From: Auanema rhodensis
Lineage: Eukaryota; Animalia; Nematoda
Direction: 5' to 3'
Assembly: GCA_964057225.1 (NCBI GenBank)
Contig: OZ059896.1
Coordinates: 17,980,001 to 18,044,000 of the forward strand
Length of the DNA: 64,000 nt
Shown: piece by piece, positions 28,301-40,731 of the stretch
Position numbering within the stretch: position 1 is the first letter of the stretch
Layout: the number at the start of each line of letters is the position of its first letter
Notes under the pieces: model-generated
Told to the model about the DNA's origin: nothing
Database searches by the model: none
Seen by the model: the letters and a program-made list of their open reading frames with translations, nothing else
Translations under genes and position numbers: made by a program

Positions 28301-30148
28301 GTACATTCCAAAAACAACTTATACTTATTACGTTTCTCGTCTTCTCTGCCTGAAAGCGTTATTTTTATTTCCATGAAAAATTAAAAAATATCAAAGACAC
28401 ACCTTTAACCCACAAATAACCCGAAGCAGCGACGGCGAAGATAAGTAAGAAGAGAATGAAACAGAAGGTTTCAAAGTTATTGGCAGTGACACGCTTGACT
28501 CCAAACATAATAGTCCTGAGAAATTAATGAAAATCAAAAATAATTGAATTTGAAGATCAAACCTAAGCAATCTACCTTGACTTGTATTGAAGCCTACCCT
28601 GAGAACATAACATATACATCCTCCATCAGGAGATTTAAGTCCTTCACCCTTAGCTAAAATTACATATTTAAAGAAAAATTTTAATATAGAAACATTATCA
28701 CCTGGAGCGGTATGCTGCACTATCTTGGTACCTCCAAATATAACATGAAGTTTACTATCAGAATCAAAATCAAATATGCGGTCTCGCTCAAGATCCTCAA
28801 TAGGCTCCTTCATCTGTGGAACACTTTCTCCAGTCAACATTGATTCATCGACGATACATGGGCCTCGGAGCAAAATCATGTCACAAGGTACAGTTTGTTC
28901 ATCAGCACATCGTCCTGTAGATATAACAAATCTTACAAAAAACACATAACAGTAAGTTTACCAATAGAAACAATGTCCCCTGGGACAAGTTCGTCAGTTT
29001 TTATTTTAATCCACTTCTTGTTACGATAGGCCTAAAACGTTAATATAACTGAAGATGTAGTGATTCATCAGACGTTGATGAGAAAGCTTTTATTTCCCAT
29101 GTTCCGAATTTCTTGCATATTTTTCATCTGAGCTTTGACTAAGGTTGCTTCGAAAGTAGCAAGCATAGCCAAAGTAAAGAGCGAATAATACCACATATCT
29201 TCCAAACACCACAATCCAACACAGAACACCTGAACTTTCAATATGAAATCAAAACTAGGCATCGGACGTCACTTGAAAAACGAAAAATGGTGCTGTAGCT
29301 CTTTCTTTGAACAGTTCCCAGAATTGAGGAATTACCATTTCAGTTCTACAAATTACTGGTTATACTTAATTGCATTAACTCATACATTGCTTACTTATTA
29401 TCACCATATTTAAATTGTATTTCTTTAAATTCGTGATCATCAAGTCCAGTGGAAGTTTGATAAAATCTATATTGAAATATCGATTTAATGTATTATTTGT
29501 ATATTACCTCATGTTCTTTACCGTATCGAATTTAATGACTTCGAATTTTTTAGTTTCATTACTAAAAGTGTACAAAACCTTTTGAAATTCGAACCAGACT
29601 TTTACTTCACCATCTCTCTTGAATACATTTCTTAATTTTGTCTTTTTAATAGATAATACAAACCTTTTGGCGTTTGAGGGGAACTAATTCAGCCCAACCA
29701 TTATTGGGGGTTGGCACTACTTTAACAACTGTAGCTTTCAATGGATCGGGTTGCTTCAGAAGTAATTATTTTAAAAGTTTACAAAGCTCCAGTACTTACC
29801 CGTGAGCAGGTAAAAAAACAATTAACAGATACGAACCAATGACAGAAAAGAAAAACTAAAGCCTAAAGATATGAGATGATATATATTTTATATATATATA
29901 ATTATTTTACTTGTAATAAACAAACAATAGCGATTCCTATACAACCTAGTTCATAGTATTCTTCAAAACCATATACGCTTGTCCAAAAATAGATCCATAC
30001 GCTTAGTAAACCTCAAATTCAATTAGCTTCATAAACGTTAAATTTCCTTATGAACAATCATACCTACAAAAGGTGCAACATAAAGATGCGACCAATACGG
30101 TTTAGAATTGTAAAGTTCGATGGACTCTACAAGCTCATCCACTGCCAT
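25355..30148 (-). CDS. catp-8: P5A-type ATPase (ATP13A1/Spf1 ER transmembrane-helix dislocase)
   Basis: PPELPIE (P5A signature), DKTGTLT phosphorylation motif, [61 protein letters not shown]. Confidence 0.93.
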
Positions 30149-30569
30149 CGTGGCTAAGCTTGTTTATTTTACCCGTTGAATTCAGGAAAGTTCCTGAACC
30201 TAAAAGAAAGAAATTTTGTGAGTACACATGATTAAAAGTTTTTAAAGTTATATAAAGTTCCAAGACATTTTATGAGCAACTTTTCTTATCAGTTTTCTTT
30301 TTGAAAAAATTTAACTTATAAGTATAGCAATGATAGTTACGATAAGACTTCAATTGATTATGAGAATTTACTTAGAATTGCACAATATTTTGTAAACAGC
30401 GTACGTATTTAGGTGCATGATGTTTACATGTCTATCTCTCATATCTCTTCACGAACAATCTAGAAAATTCCTTTTTTTATACAAATTCTTCATAAAATTT
30501 CCTAAATAATCAATCGCTTCAACTTCTAAACGTAATATTTCAGTAATTTTTTATTCATTTTGAATCACA
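30149..30569. promoter_or_regulatory. Probable bidirectional promoter (catp-8 / mbf-1)
   Basis: The head-to-head ATGs are 421 bp apart, with TTCAG/TTTAG trans-splice-type acceptors facing each gene. Inferred from the arrangement. Confidence 0.55.
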
Positions 30570-31291
30570 ATGTCCAAATACGGTTGCCCAACCTCCGATA
30601 CTGATGTCAACGCTGTTACTGTTCTTCGTAAGAATGGACCTAGCACGAAAAAGCTCGGCTCTCAAGCAGTTCGTTCTAATATCTCATGAAGGAATTAATT
30701 TCATATATTCAAGGCATTAAATGCTGCTATTCGAAGCGGAGCCCAGATTGACACTCAGAAAAAAATGATGGCTGGTGGCAACAGACAACATACTGCTAAC
30801 AAAAATACCTTAAGGTGCTTTTTTGAATTATAATTAAAGAAATAATATAAGTATTTACTTTTATTATCACAAAGATTTGCATACATTCAACAATAAATTA
30901 CAGATTGGATGAAGAAACTGAGGAGCTTCATCATGAGAGAGTCTCCCTCTCTCTCGGAAAAGCTATGCAGCAAGCTCGTGCTGCTAAGGAATGGACCCAG
31001 AAAGATCTATCCACTGTATGCTTTACAATTATTGACAATTTTTCTATTTAACTTTTTCTTAGGCTATTAATGAGAAACCTCAAGTAGTCTCTGAATATGA
31101 GAATGGAAAAGCTGTACCCAATCAACAAATTTTGAATAAGATGGAGCGTGTACTTGGGGTTAGTAAAAATATATTCATCTTTATCACATGGATGATAATC
31201 ATTCTTTCTAAATTTCTATATTTAGGTAAAACTCCGCGGTAAAGATATTGGTACTCCTCTTGTAGCTAAGCCAAAGCCTGCCAAGAAATAA
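30570..31291 (+). CDS. mbf-1: Multiprotein bridging factor 1 (EDF1/MBF1)
   Basis: VTVLRK...[76 protein letters not shown]; five exons. Confidence 0.95.
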
Positions 31292-31581
31292 TATTATCGC
31301 CTAAAGTTATAAACATGATTTTCTATTTTATTCCTATGGGTTTTTTTCATGTAATATTGTTTGTTATATGAAGTTTCTTGAATGTATTTGTTTCTGTTTA
31401 CTTAATGGTTACTTTTCAAATTATAAAAATCTCTATAAGGGTGCTCTGCTGCTAGTGTCGCGCTCGATTGCAACACTAGTGGCACTGCAACAGCTCCAAC
31501 TACAACATAGCTTGAATTCATTATACTATCAAACCTACATACAAAATCTTATATTCTATATGTGGAAGTAAAAAAAAACAG

Positions 31582-33865
31582 ATGTTGCCATATCATGTTA
31601 GCCGGACTGCAGCCCGTTCATCAGGCTTTCGCTTGCTTAGGGTATCAATAATATTACAACGTTGGCGTCTAGTCAACATTTAATGAATACTATTTATATT
31701 TTCATTTTCAGTGGTGGAGATCTGCTCCAAGACTTAAAAGAATGGTGATTATATTCTCCACTTTATCGTTGATTTTTTTATTGTTGTTTATTTTACCTGC
31801 CAATGGCGCACTTACAAATCCTGAACTCTCAGTTCAAGTTATTCAAAACAACATGCAGCAGGTTTATCCCACAGTTTTAGTTTTGCATTATAATTAATTT
31901 ATGTATATATAGGTTATTGAAGAGAGGCAAGAACCCGAAATTGAGATAGTAAATGATATTGAACCACCAGTAAATCGAAAAACTCCCAGCAAGCGTAAAA
32001 TTCCTGTTTTTCGCGGTGAGACGAAGAGTTTTAATAATTATACTCATTGTTTTTTCAGGACCTCAAAATGAAAGACAGAAAGCTGTTGTGAAAGCTTTCC
32101 AACATGCTTGGAATGGTTATAAGAAATACGCTTGGGGTCATGATCAATTAAAGCCTGTTAGTAAAAGCTTCAGTGATTGGTTTGATACAGGCCTTACAAT
32201 AGTTGATTCTATTGACACAGCGATCATAATGAATTTGGAGAAAGGTACCATCAATTCGATTTTGAATATAATTAATTTTTTAAAGAAGTGGAGGAGGCTA
32301 CCGAATGGATTTCTAATGAGTTATCTTTCGAAAAGGATCGCTATGTTAACTTATTTGAAACAACTATACGTGTCCTAGGGGGATTATTAAGTGCTTATCA
32401 TTTAACAGGGAAAGAGGTAAGCGGTTATTAATTTTTTGCTTGTGTTCATCAGTTAGTTGAGATTTTCAAAGAAAAGTCCGTAGATATTGGAAATCGATTG
32501 CTCACTGGATTCACGCATTCGAAAACTTCTATCCCTTTAAGTGATGTAAATCTGAAAACGGGGTGAGCTATTGGTTGTCCAATTTCTTCATCTTTATTAA
32601 TGATTGAAGGGAAGCGAAATCTCCAGCTTGGTCAAATGAAGCTTCATTATCGGAGGTCACAACGCTTCAACTAGAATTTCGAGATCTTTCTCGCATAACA
32701 GGAAATTCTACTTTTGAGGAGATATCATTTAAGGCTTCCCAGCATATTCATGAAATTGGTTGTGCTAAGCAAGACGGTCTATGTGATATGTACCTTATTC
32801 CCACAACAGGCAAATTTAAGGGTATGGCTCATTCTAACGCCCCAGAGTTGTTTTTTTTATTTAGAAGGCACTACTATTACATTCGGAGCTAGAGCTGATA
32901 GTTATTATGAGTATCTGTACAAACAATGGCTTCAAACTGGTAAAACTATTGATTGGTGAGTCGATTTGTTGCTGATTCAATAAGCTCTTTTTACTATTAG
33001 GCTACGTGATGATTTTATCCAAGCAATGACATCTATGCAAAATAAATTATTACGAAAATCGGAACCAAATAAATATAGTTATGTTGGAGAATTGCTTGGC
33101 GGTTCCACATATTCTCCTAAAATGGTAAATTTTGATCCACAGATATTTTGATCTCATTTCTTTAGGATCACTTGGTTTGCTTCTTAGCGGGATCTCTAGC
33201 TGATAGTACAAAACATGGATTTTCAGATGAATATTTAGAGATAGCAAAGGTATATTTTAAAACGATGAATATAAACTTAATTGAACAACTTCAGGGATTA
33301 GGTAGAGCTTGTTATGCAATGTATGAAAATCCCACAGGGCTAGGTCCAGAAATAGCTTACTATAACATGGACGCTGGCCAATCAAAAGATCTCTCAATTA
33401 AAGTATGTACCTTTTTATTGAAGGTTTAATATTTAATTATATCTATTTTTAGCCCTTGGATGCTCACTCATTACTACGCCCTGAAGCTATAGAAGGGTGG
33501 ATGTACCTTTATCGTATAACAGGTGTAGTAATTCATCATTTTTATCTTAATGTGTAATCTTAGGTGATAAAATTTATCAAGATTGGGGTTGGGCAGCATT
33601 CACTGCGATTGAAAAATATGCAAAACTTCCAACTGGCTATTCTTCTGTAAATAGCGTTAAGAAAATTCCAGTGACTTACAGGTATGGAAGGTGAAATTTA
33701 AATTTTTTGATCGCATCTTGTTTCAGGGACCTTATGGAGTCTTTCTATCCTGCAGAAACATTGAAGTATCTCTATCTTCTCTTTGCCGATGACCAAAGCG
33801 ATATTCCATTAGATGAATGGGTATTCAATACTGAAGCCCATCCACTTCCAATTTATTCTCATTAA
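31582..33865 (+). CDS. Class I (GH47) alpha-1,2-mannosidase, ER MAN1B1-like, type II membrane protein
   Basis: [97 protein letters not shown]; N-terminal TM segment. Confidence 0.93.
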
Positions 33866-34628
33866 GTATTCGCATTTAAGTATTTCCTATAAGGGGTTCA
33901 AATAGCTACAGTTTTAACGCGGTATATCAATTGTGATTTAATCCTAGCGGTTTTTGTCAGTGTCTAGCCATTCTGCCTTTGTTGCAGTAAAGTTTAATTC
34001 TAGTCTTAATTCTAGTAGAGTTTCAACATAGTTGTTGCAATAGTTTTATGATTATGAGCGTATTTATAAATTTCGCAGGTGTCTGATCTATAGTGAAAGT
34101 AAATTATTTTATTTTATTTTTGTCTTTATTAAGACAACCTATGGTGTCCTTCTATTTGCAACGTTTGATTCCCTTTTTATTAAATTATTTTAATTGATTT
34201 TCTTGCATCGTGCATCGTTCACACATTTCATTTCTTTCGCCTTATATTTTATATGGACAGAATGTAAAAAGAACTTGATCAACAATGATCTTTTCACCAA
34301 AATCGTAGTTAGTTGAAATGAAAAACAGAATATGAATATAGAATTTAATAGCAGAACCGTGATGCTGCAAATATGGTATGATCTGAAAAAATCAAACGTA
34401 TTTCAAACCAGTTAACTTTAAAACCTGTTAGCGAGAAAGCGACCACATTGTCAATTTTATGACGGAAACAATGAATCAAAAATTTTCAAAAAGTCAACGT
34501 ATGTAGTAGCTACACCACGTCATCTTTCGTTTCATCAGTATATATACATTGCTTGAACTTTATCAATGATTGTATGTGAACTTCAGACTGTTCTATTATT
34601 TATAACAAGAAAACATCGAAAGCAACTA

Positions 34629-35739
34629 TTTATTCAACGAATCCGAGGTAGAAAGTTCATAGTTTACATTGGTTAGAACGTATAGAAACTTATAATTATT
34701 TCGAAAAACTGCATATTAAATAAGATTCAAAGAAAAAACCGATGCATCTACATGAATAAAGAAGAGTCGTAACGTAATCGAGTGATGGGGATAACAAACA
34801 AAAAATCTAAATACTAAGAGCATTTTCATAAAGAGTACAGGCTAAAAGTTGCTTCGTTTTTTTTTCTTATAGCAGGATACATTATTACGAGTAATCTATT
34901 ATAACGAAGGAGAAGCATGCAAGAAACTGTTAACTGAATATAATAACTCACACAGCGGTATGAAATGAACATTTTGAAATCGTTGTACATGTAATATATG
35001 TAATATGTCGACTTAAAGTGAGAACAAACAAGGCTTAGCCGATAAGAGAAAATAGTAACCCATGAGAGCAACACACATGAGGGGCATTTAAGGTAATAGC
35101 TGTATTATGGTCAGATCAAAAAGAAAACGCGTATTAACGGATAAGGAAAGACTGATGTACTACATCATCACAAAAAATCCCTGTAAAACAGACTATGATT
35201 TGATTCACCAAAAATAGCAGTGAGTAGAGTAAATACTGGGATAACGATAACTAGGCATTTAAATACACGAGGATACCTGCAGAATGAATCACAATTATTG
35301 CAGCCTATACAATATCGAAAATGGACACAACCTAAGGCACGGTTAGTTTTAGAGTGACAAGGCCGAGAAAACCTTAAAATTAGAAAGTAAATCTCATTAA
35401 AAGTCACGGGTAAATATAGAATTGAGCTTTTGAAGGTACAGGAATCCGCACAATTATGACTAAAAATAGAGAAATCTTTGGCAACTGGTTAACGTATTAG
35501 AGATACTAAAGCACAACGGTAAGTGGTAATGAGCAAGAGGTAAGTGATTTCGGGAATGTGCCCGAGTGAAATGGCAAAGGCCAGACTAGAAGGCCAAAAC
35601 TAATGTAGAACTAACTCCATCTACGGGACCCGGAGCCTTTGGCACATGTAATCGAAGAGTCCAGAGATTCGATTTCCATGACATGGAAAACTTAAACGTT
35701 CACAATCAAAATAAAAAAAATATATAAAACAGATCCATG
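34629..35739 (-). promoter_or_regulatory. Long (~1.1 kb) lin-66 3'UTR with many miRNA seed matches
   Basis: Runs from the stop (35740) to AATAAA (+ strand TTTATT 34629-34634). Seed matches are listed in findings; the UTR end is inferred. Confidence 0.55.
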
Positions 35740-37657
35740 TTAGAGATGAAGACCCCCGAGAGAGCTAAGAAGATCAGTACCAAAAGGATCATAATACTTG
35801 ACTGTTTCAATAGGAGGATTGTCTCCAATTGGTGCAGGGCCACTACCGGGAGATAAGCGATCACCAGAAGAAGGACTAGTACTTTCGAGACTAGGAGGAC
35901 TAGCGGAGCCCCCGCTGATACGGGATATGGCATTACCGGAACGACAAGTGCAACAACAGATACATGCACCAGAATCATTTCTCATTGGCTCAGTTTGTAC
36001 AGCAACATTGGACGTAAGCTATAAACTTTAAATATGAAGGAAAAAAGATGTTAATCTAAAGTACCTTGATTCCGAGACCTGAGCCAATAACACCCTTAGA
36101 ACTGTAAGAATCCCTGTTTGTGAATTGAGGAAACATCTGAGGAGAAAATTGTTTGTTCAGCGACCCTACACCTGACATTGTCTAAACGGAGTTACATTTT
36201 TAAAAAATTGAAAGTTCAGTTAATCCTTACGTCAACGGGCATCATGTAGTCGTTAGAAAAAACAGGATTCACTTCCAAAGAGTGACCCCCGAAAGGCTGT
36301 TGAGCTGAAAGAGATCTCACAATAGGACGCGGAGCCGCATTATTATTATGATTCATGGGAGAATACTGAGATGGAATTGTATTCTGGGATACACTTTCAT
36401 TTTTGAAAGCCTGTAAATCAATTTTGGAACGTTTAACATAGCACCAAAGTAAAACGTACCAGTTTACAGAAACTAGCAAGATCAACATGAGGCAAATTAC
36501 GGCGAACTGAAACGTAAGTGCGATTTGGAAACATGGCGAAAATCCATGGATGAGAAACGATCAAATTTAAAAATTCTTGACGACCCTCTCCAATAGTATC
36601 TCGAATCTTAGATGACATTTCAGCACTAATGAAATAATCGTAGAGGCTCTGGATAGCAGTAACTCCTCCACGTCTAAGAAGGTAGGAGGCTAAGTTAAGG
36701 ACACACAAGTAAATTGCAGGATGCTGAAAACTTAAGTTAATAAATAATTGTCATTACTAAATAACCTGGAGTTGTACAGTATCATCTGATTTCAAAATGA
36801 AGAGATGTGAACGGCGTTCGATGAATTGACGTCTTTTAAGCGAGGAGGTTCCCACATACTTCAGCATATCGTGCTCACTAGCTTGTGCCATTTGAGAATG
36901 CAAACTAAAAATAGCAAAATTTTAATTGATATCAGTATGGCTTCAAACAAACCTGCTTAACTGAATTTTGTTAGTACCATGTCTTTGGAAAATAGTTAAC
37001 AAAGCAGGTATTGCTTGTTGCTCGTTATGCAAGTCATACGAATCTCTTGCATTTGTCGGAGTTGGGCTTATTGCTTCTAAATTAACTTCCTTTGAATCAA
37101 TAAAAACCACATCAGCATCCTAAATAAACACATTGAGTATTTCCGCCACATGATACAAAATCTCACATTTCCATACAATGGTTGAACCAATGTTGCAGTG
37201 TATTCGTTTGTTTCGTTCAGAGATGCTTGGAATGCCAATGTAAAACCGACGCGAAGAACAGATGTCAAATCATTCAGCATCTAAAATCAGTTGTAAATCA
37301 TAAAACAAACACCATAGAACAATATATGTAAAATACAAGCCCAGTAATCTACCTGATCGCAGAAATCCTTGAGTTGAAATGAGATAACCATCTCATCTTT
37401 GCATGTTATAAGGCCTGCTTTAGCGGAGAGCCATGTGAGTTGACCATAGCCACTGATCGATTCAGCCTTTGGTTGTACTACATCGAGTAATCTAGTTGAA
37501 CAAAACCCATTGGTTCCTAATCCTAAGGAGTTAACACCTACAACAAAATAAAATATTTGAAGAGATGATATTATTCACCATTGTTAGAACTGTATGATGT
37601 TCCCCAAATACTGTTTTGACCAGTTTTGTCAAAGAGAGAGCTCATTCCATATGCCAT
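35740..37657 (-). CDS. lin-66: LIN-66 heterochronic post-transcriptional regulator (cold-shock-like domain)
   Basis: MAYGMSSLF...GYGQLTWLSAKAGLITC...ISFQLKDFCDQMLNDLTSVLRVGFTLAFQASLNETNEYTATLVQPLYG...YVGTSSLKRRQFIERRSHLF...LASYLLRRGG...FAMFPNRTYVSVRRNLP closely matches C. elegans LIN-66 as I recall it. Confidence 0.88.
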
Positions 37658-38365
37658 TTTCGTTGGTAATAACTTAAGATAGAAAAACGATGTTCTTTTT
37701 TTCCATAGGATAAGTTTCCCAGAGCCTGAACATGAAAAAAATGAAAAGACTACTAGTACTACACTGATAACGTTTCAAAGAAGATAGTGACACACTGATA
37801 AGCAACCAAAACAAAAAATTTCAACATAACACAAAAAAAATCAAATAGACCGTATTTAATGCATGTATTTACATTACATATGAGCAAAAATGAATGATGA
37901 TGAAGTAACTAAAAGTTGCCACGCATGATATGAAACATTGGAATCATTTTCGCAGCATGAAATTTCGTTGAAAGATTTTCAGGGCGATGAACATAATTTC
38001 AAATGTAACGAGAAGAATGACATTTTCGTTGGTAATAACTCAAGATAGAAAAACGATGATCTTGTTTTCCATAGGATAAGTTTTTCAGAGCTTGAGCATG
38101 TTCAGAATAAGAAGACTACTACAACATCGATAATGTTTCCAGAAGAAAGTGACACAATGATAAGCTACAAAACTATAACTAGAAAAAACCAAACAGACTG
38201 TATTTAATGCATGTATTAACATTACATATGAGCAAAAACGAATGATGATGAAGTAACTGAAGGTTGCCACGCCTCTTGCAAAAACATGAAACATTGGAAT
38301 CATTCTCGCAGCATGAATTTGCGTTGAAAGATTTGCAGTGCGATGAACATAATTTCAAATATGAA
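37655..38365. repeat. Diverged ~365-bp direct tandem duplication of the lin-66 5' region
   Basis: Copy 1 (~37655-38010) and copy 2 (~38021-38365) both begin CATTTTCGTTGGTAATAACT and share long blocks (GTATTTAATGCATGTATT, ACATTACATATGAGCAAAAA, GAAACATTGGAATCATT, GCGATGAACATAATTTCAAAT), with scattered substitutions and indels. Confidence 0.92.
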
Positions 38366-38837
38366 GCAAAGTGAGAGAACAGAAAAGAGAAAAATAGTTC
38401 AGTAGCCATTATGAAAGAGATCCGTTTATATTATATTTTAAAAATTATGAAAGCCATAATAAAGAATAATGATGAAAAGAGAATAGGTATTTTCAAAAAG
38501 CATCTAATGTGGGGCGATCAAAAATGATAATTGCAAAAAAAAAGTTTTAACTTAAAAATGCTTTTAATTGTTGAATGAAGGCTATTTAACAGAAAATCAG
38601 AAAATGAAGAGCACAAGACCGTTGGCTTTGGGTGTACAATGCAATGCGACGCGCGAGAAATGACTCGAATGAGTGAGAGTTAGCATATATTGTCGTAGAG
38701 ACGCAGATACATGCGGCGGCACAGAGATAGAGGGGATGGGGTAGCAGTCAGTCGCCGAGTGTTTCGTACATCAATAACCTGACAGGCATCATAGGATGAA
38801 GAAGAAGAATAAGAAGAAGAGAAAAGGAAAAAGAGGA

Positions 38838-38892
38838 CGAAGAAGAAGAAGAAGAAGAAGAAGAAGAGGAGGGGGGAGGAGGAGGAGGAGGA
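38838..38892. repeat. (GAA)n/(GGA)n purine tract upstream of lin-66
   Basis: About nine GAA units followed by GAG/GGA repeats. Confidence 0.85.
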
Positions 38893-39002
38893 AAAAAAAG
38901 AAGAAAAAGAAAACGAGATGGTTGAATGAAAGCTATGCTAACTCTCCAGCCTAACATAAGATTTGTTGCTGCCTGTGCTGCTGCAATGCTCGTAGATAAT
39001 CG

Positions 39003-39056
39003 ATGATAAGTGGCGAATCTTTGAGCTGATGAACAGAAGGCCTCGGCGTGGTCTGA
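39003..39056 (+). ncRNA. Possible box C/D snoRNA (weak)
   Basis: ATGATAA (imperfect C box), AATCTTTGAG followed by CTGA (D'), overlapping TGATGA, terminal CTGA flanked by TAATC/GATTA. It is short and the C box is non-canonical. Confidence 0.25.
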
Positions 39057-39842
39057 TTACTTGTGCAGTGTCTAATTCTCAAGCTCTCATCTGGGTCGAT
39101 ACTAACTTTACTCTCTGATCTCATTTCTTTATCTTCACCTCTTTCTCGTAACCCTCAGACATCTATCAAAGCGACTATCAAGACCGGTCGTAGAGATAAC
39201 AGTAAAACGCAGTCTTTATCATCTAAACCTACTTGGGGATAGAGGTCTAAGAACTCCGAAGCTATTTGCTTGGTTGGGTAGGTAGCATCATACATTAACG
39301 AGAGGCAACCTGCATGCGTTACTAAGGCTTCGACAGTAATAATGGAACACGGTGGAACTTATACTATAAATGGATTTATGAGGAAACTGGATTTTATATT
39401 GATCAATTCCGAGGAGACTCATGAAGAATACGATTACTCTTTCAACTGATGCTCACGCAACAATTATGTTTTATAATACGCATGACTTAGCTTTGTCATT
39501 CAAACCAAACTTAAGAGAAATTGGAATACATGCGATCTGTGATTCAATGAAAAAATGTGAAATAGTACTGGCTTATCATATTTTTAATGTCACAGAACTA
39601 AAAAGGGCAACCACTGTTTAAACGAAACGCAACTAACATCTTTATCAGAGTTACTACGAATTTGAGATTATTATTAGTGTTTTGTATACGAAATATAAAA
39701 ATTGTAATTGCCATATCGAAGATAGTAATTAGATGTAATGATTTTATTTTTTGCATTTCTGTGTCCATGCATCCATGTCATATTTAAGATCATTGTGAAC
39801 ATATCAGTATAATACAAAGAAACCCGCTGTTAAATTAATGAA

Positions 39843-40667
39843 CTATAACTCCATTGGCTCAGCTTCCGTACTTCCGTCTTTTTTAGAATCTTTGTCTTCT
39901 TCAGAATTTTCCGAACAATCTAACCCTTCATCACCTTGAAAAGTGTAATTTACAAAAGAATAAAATATAATACATACTATTTAGGAATTGTTGGAAGTTT
40001 GCAAGAAGGGTATTGAAGGCTTGTAGATGTGCACGTCGATCATTTAACTGAATACCAAAAAAGTTAATTTAATAAGGCAACTCTAACCTTGGATTCCAAC
40101 AACCGTTGACGCTCATGCTGTTGAGCAAGTTCTTCTTGTATGTCTTCAAGCTTTCTGTAAAAAAACTAGTATATCACTGCACCAGGGGGAATTCATACCT
40201 CGCAGTTTCATCCCTAGATGGCAATTCTTCAATTTGTTTCACTACTTGCGCATATTCTTGGCGATTTCTTCGCACCAAACGAGCCGCATTGAGCTCTCTT
40301 TTAGCCTCTGCCATTTTTTCTTTGCTTGCTAATATCTAAACTGTCTAGATACCCAAAATTCTCAGCATTAAATTCACCTCCTTTTCTATTTTATCAATCA
40401 TATCGTCATACTCTCTTGTTTGCTCTGCACAACAATCAGAAACAAGGTTTTGCTTCCTAAGAGAGAATTCAACAACCTCTATCTAAAACCTTCAGGTTGC
40501 TTCATGCTTAACACGCCAACTACCTGACGCAATGCTTTTGATGCTTCTTCTGGACAAGGATTAGCAACTAGTGAACGAATATGCCCAAGGAGAACATGAT
40601 ACCGTTTTTCTTCGGCTGTACCTTCCCCATCTGCTATTAACTTTCGTGAAAGAACTTCCTCTTTCAT
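39843..40667 (-). CDS. thoc-7: THO complex subunit 7
   Basis: EEVLSRKLIADGEG...SKEKMAEAKRELNAARLVRRNRQEYAQVVKQIEELPSRDET...LESKLNDRRAHL aligns by eye to THOC7 (EVIRKRLLIDGDG...AKRIRKNRQEYDAL). Confidence 0.88.
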
Positions 40668-40708
40668 TATCTGTATGTCTTTTTATTGAATTGTGAAAAT
40701 TTGATTCC

Positions 40709-40731
40709 AAGGTACCGGAAATTTAACCCAG
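40709..40731 (-). promoter_or_regulatory. Ur-element-like SL2 trans-splicing signal in the rpl-29/thoc-7 intercistronic region
   Basis: The minus strand reads CTGGG-TTAAATT-TCCGG (5-bp stem-loop with G-U pairs) followed immediately by TACCTT (UAYYUU), about 40 nt upstream of the acceptor AG at 40672-40671. Confidence 0.6.

Noticed and set aside
35802-35809. CTGTTTCA piRNA (Ruby) motif
   Set aside because: Isolated and inside the lin-66 CDS; there is no intergenic clustering of the motif in the window.
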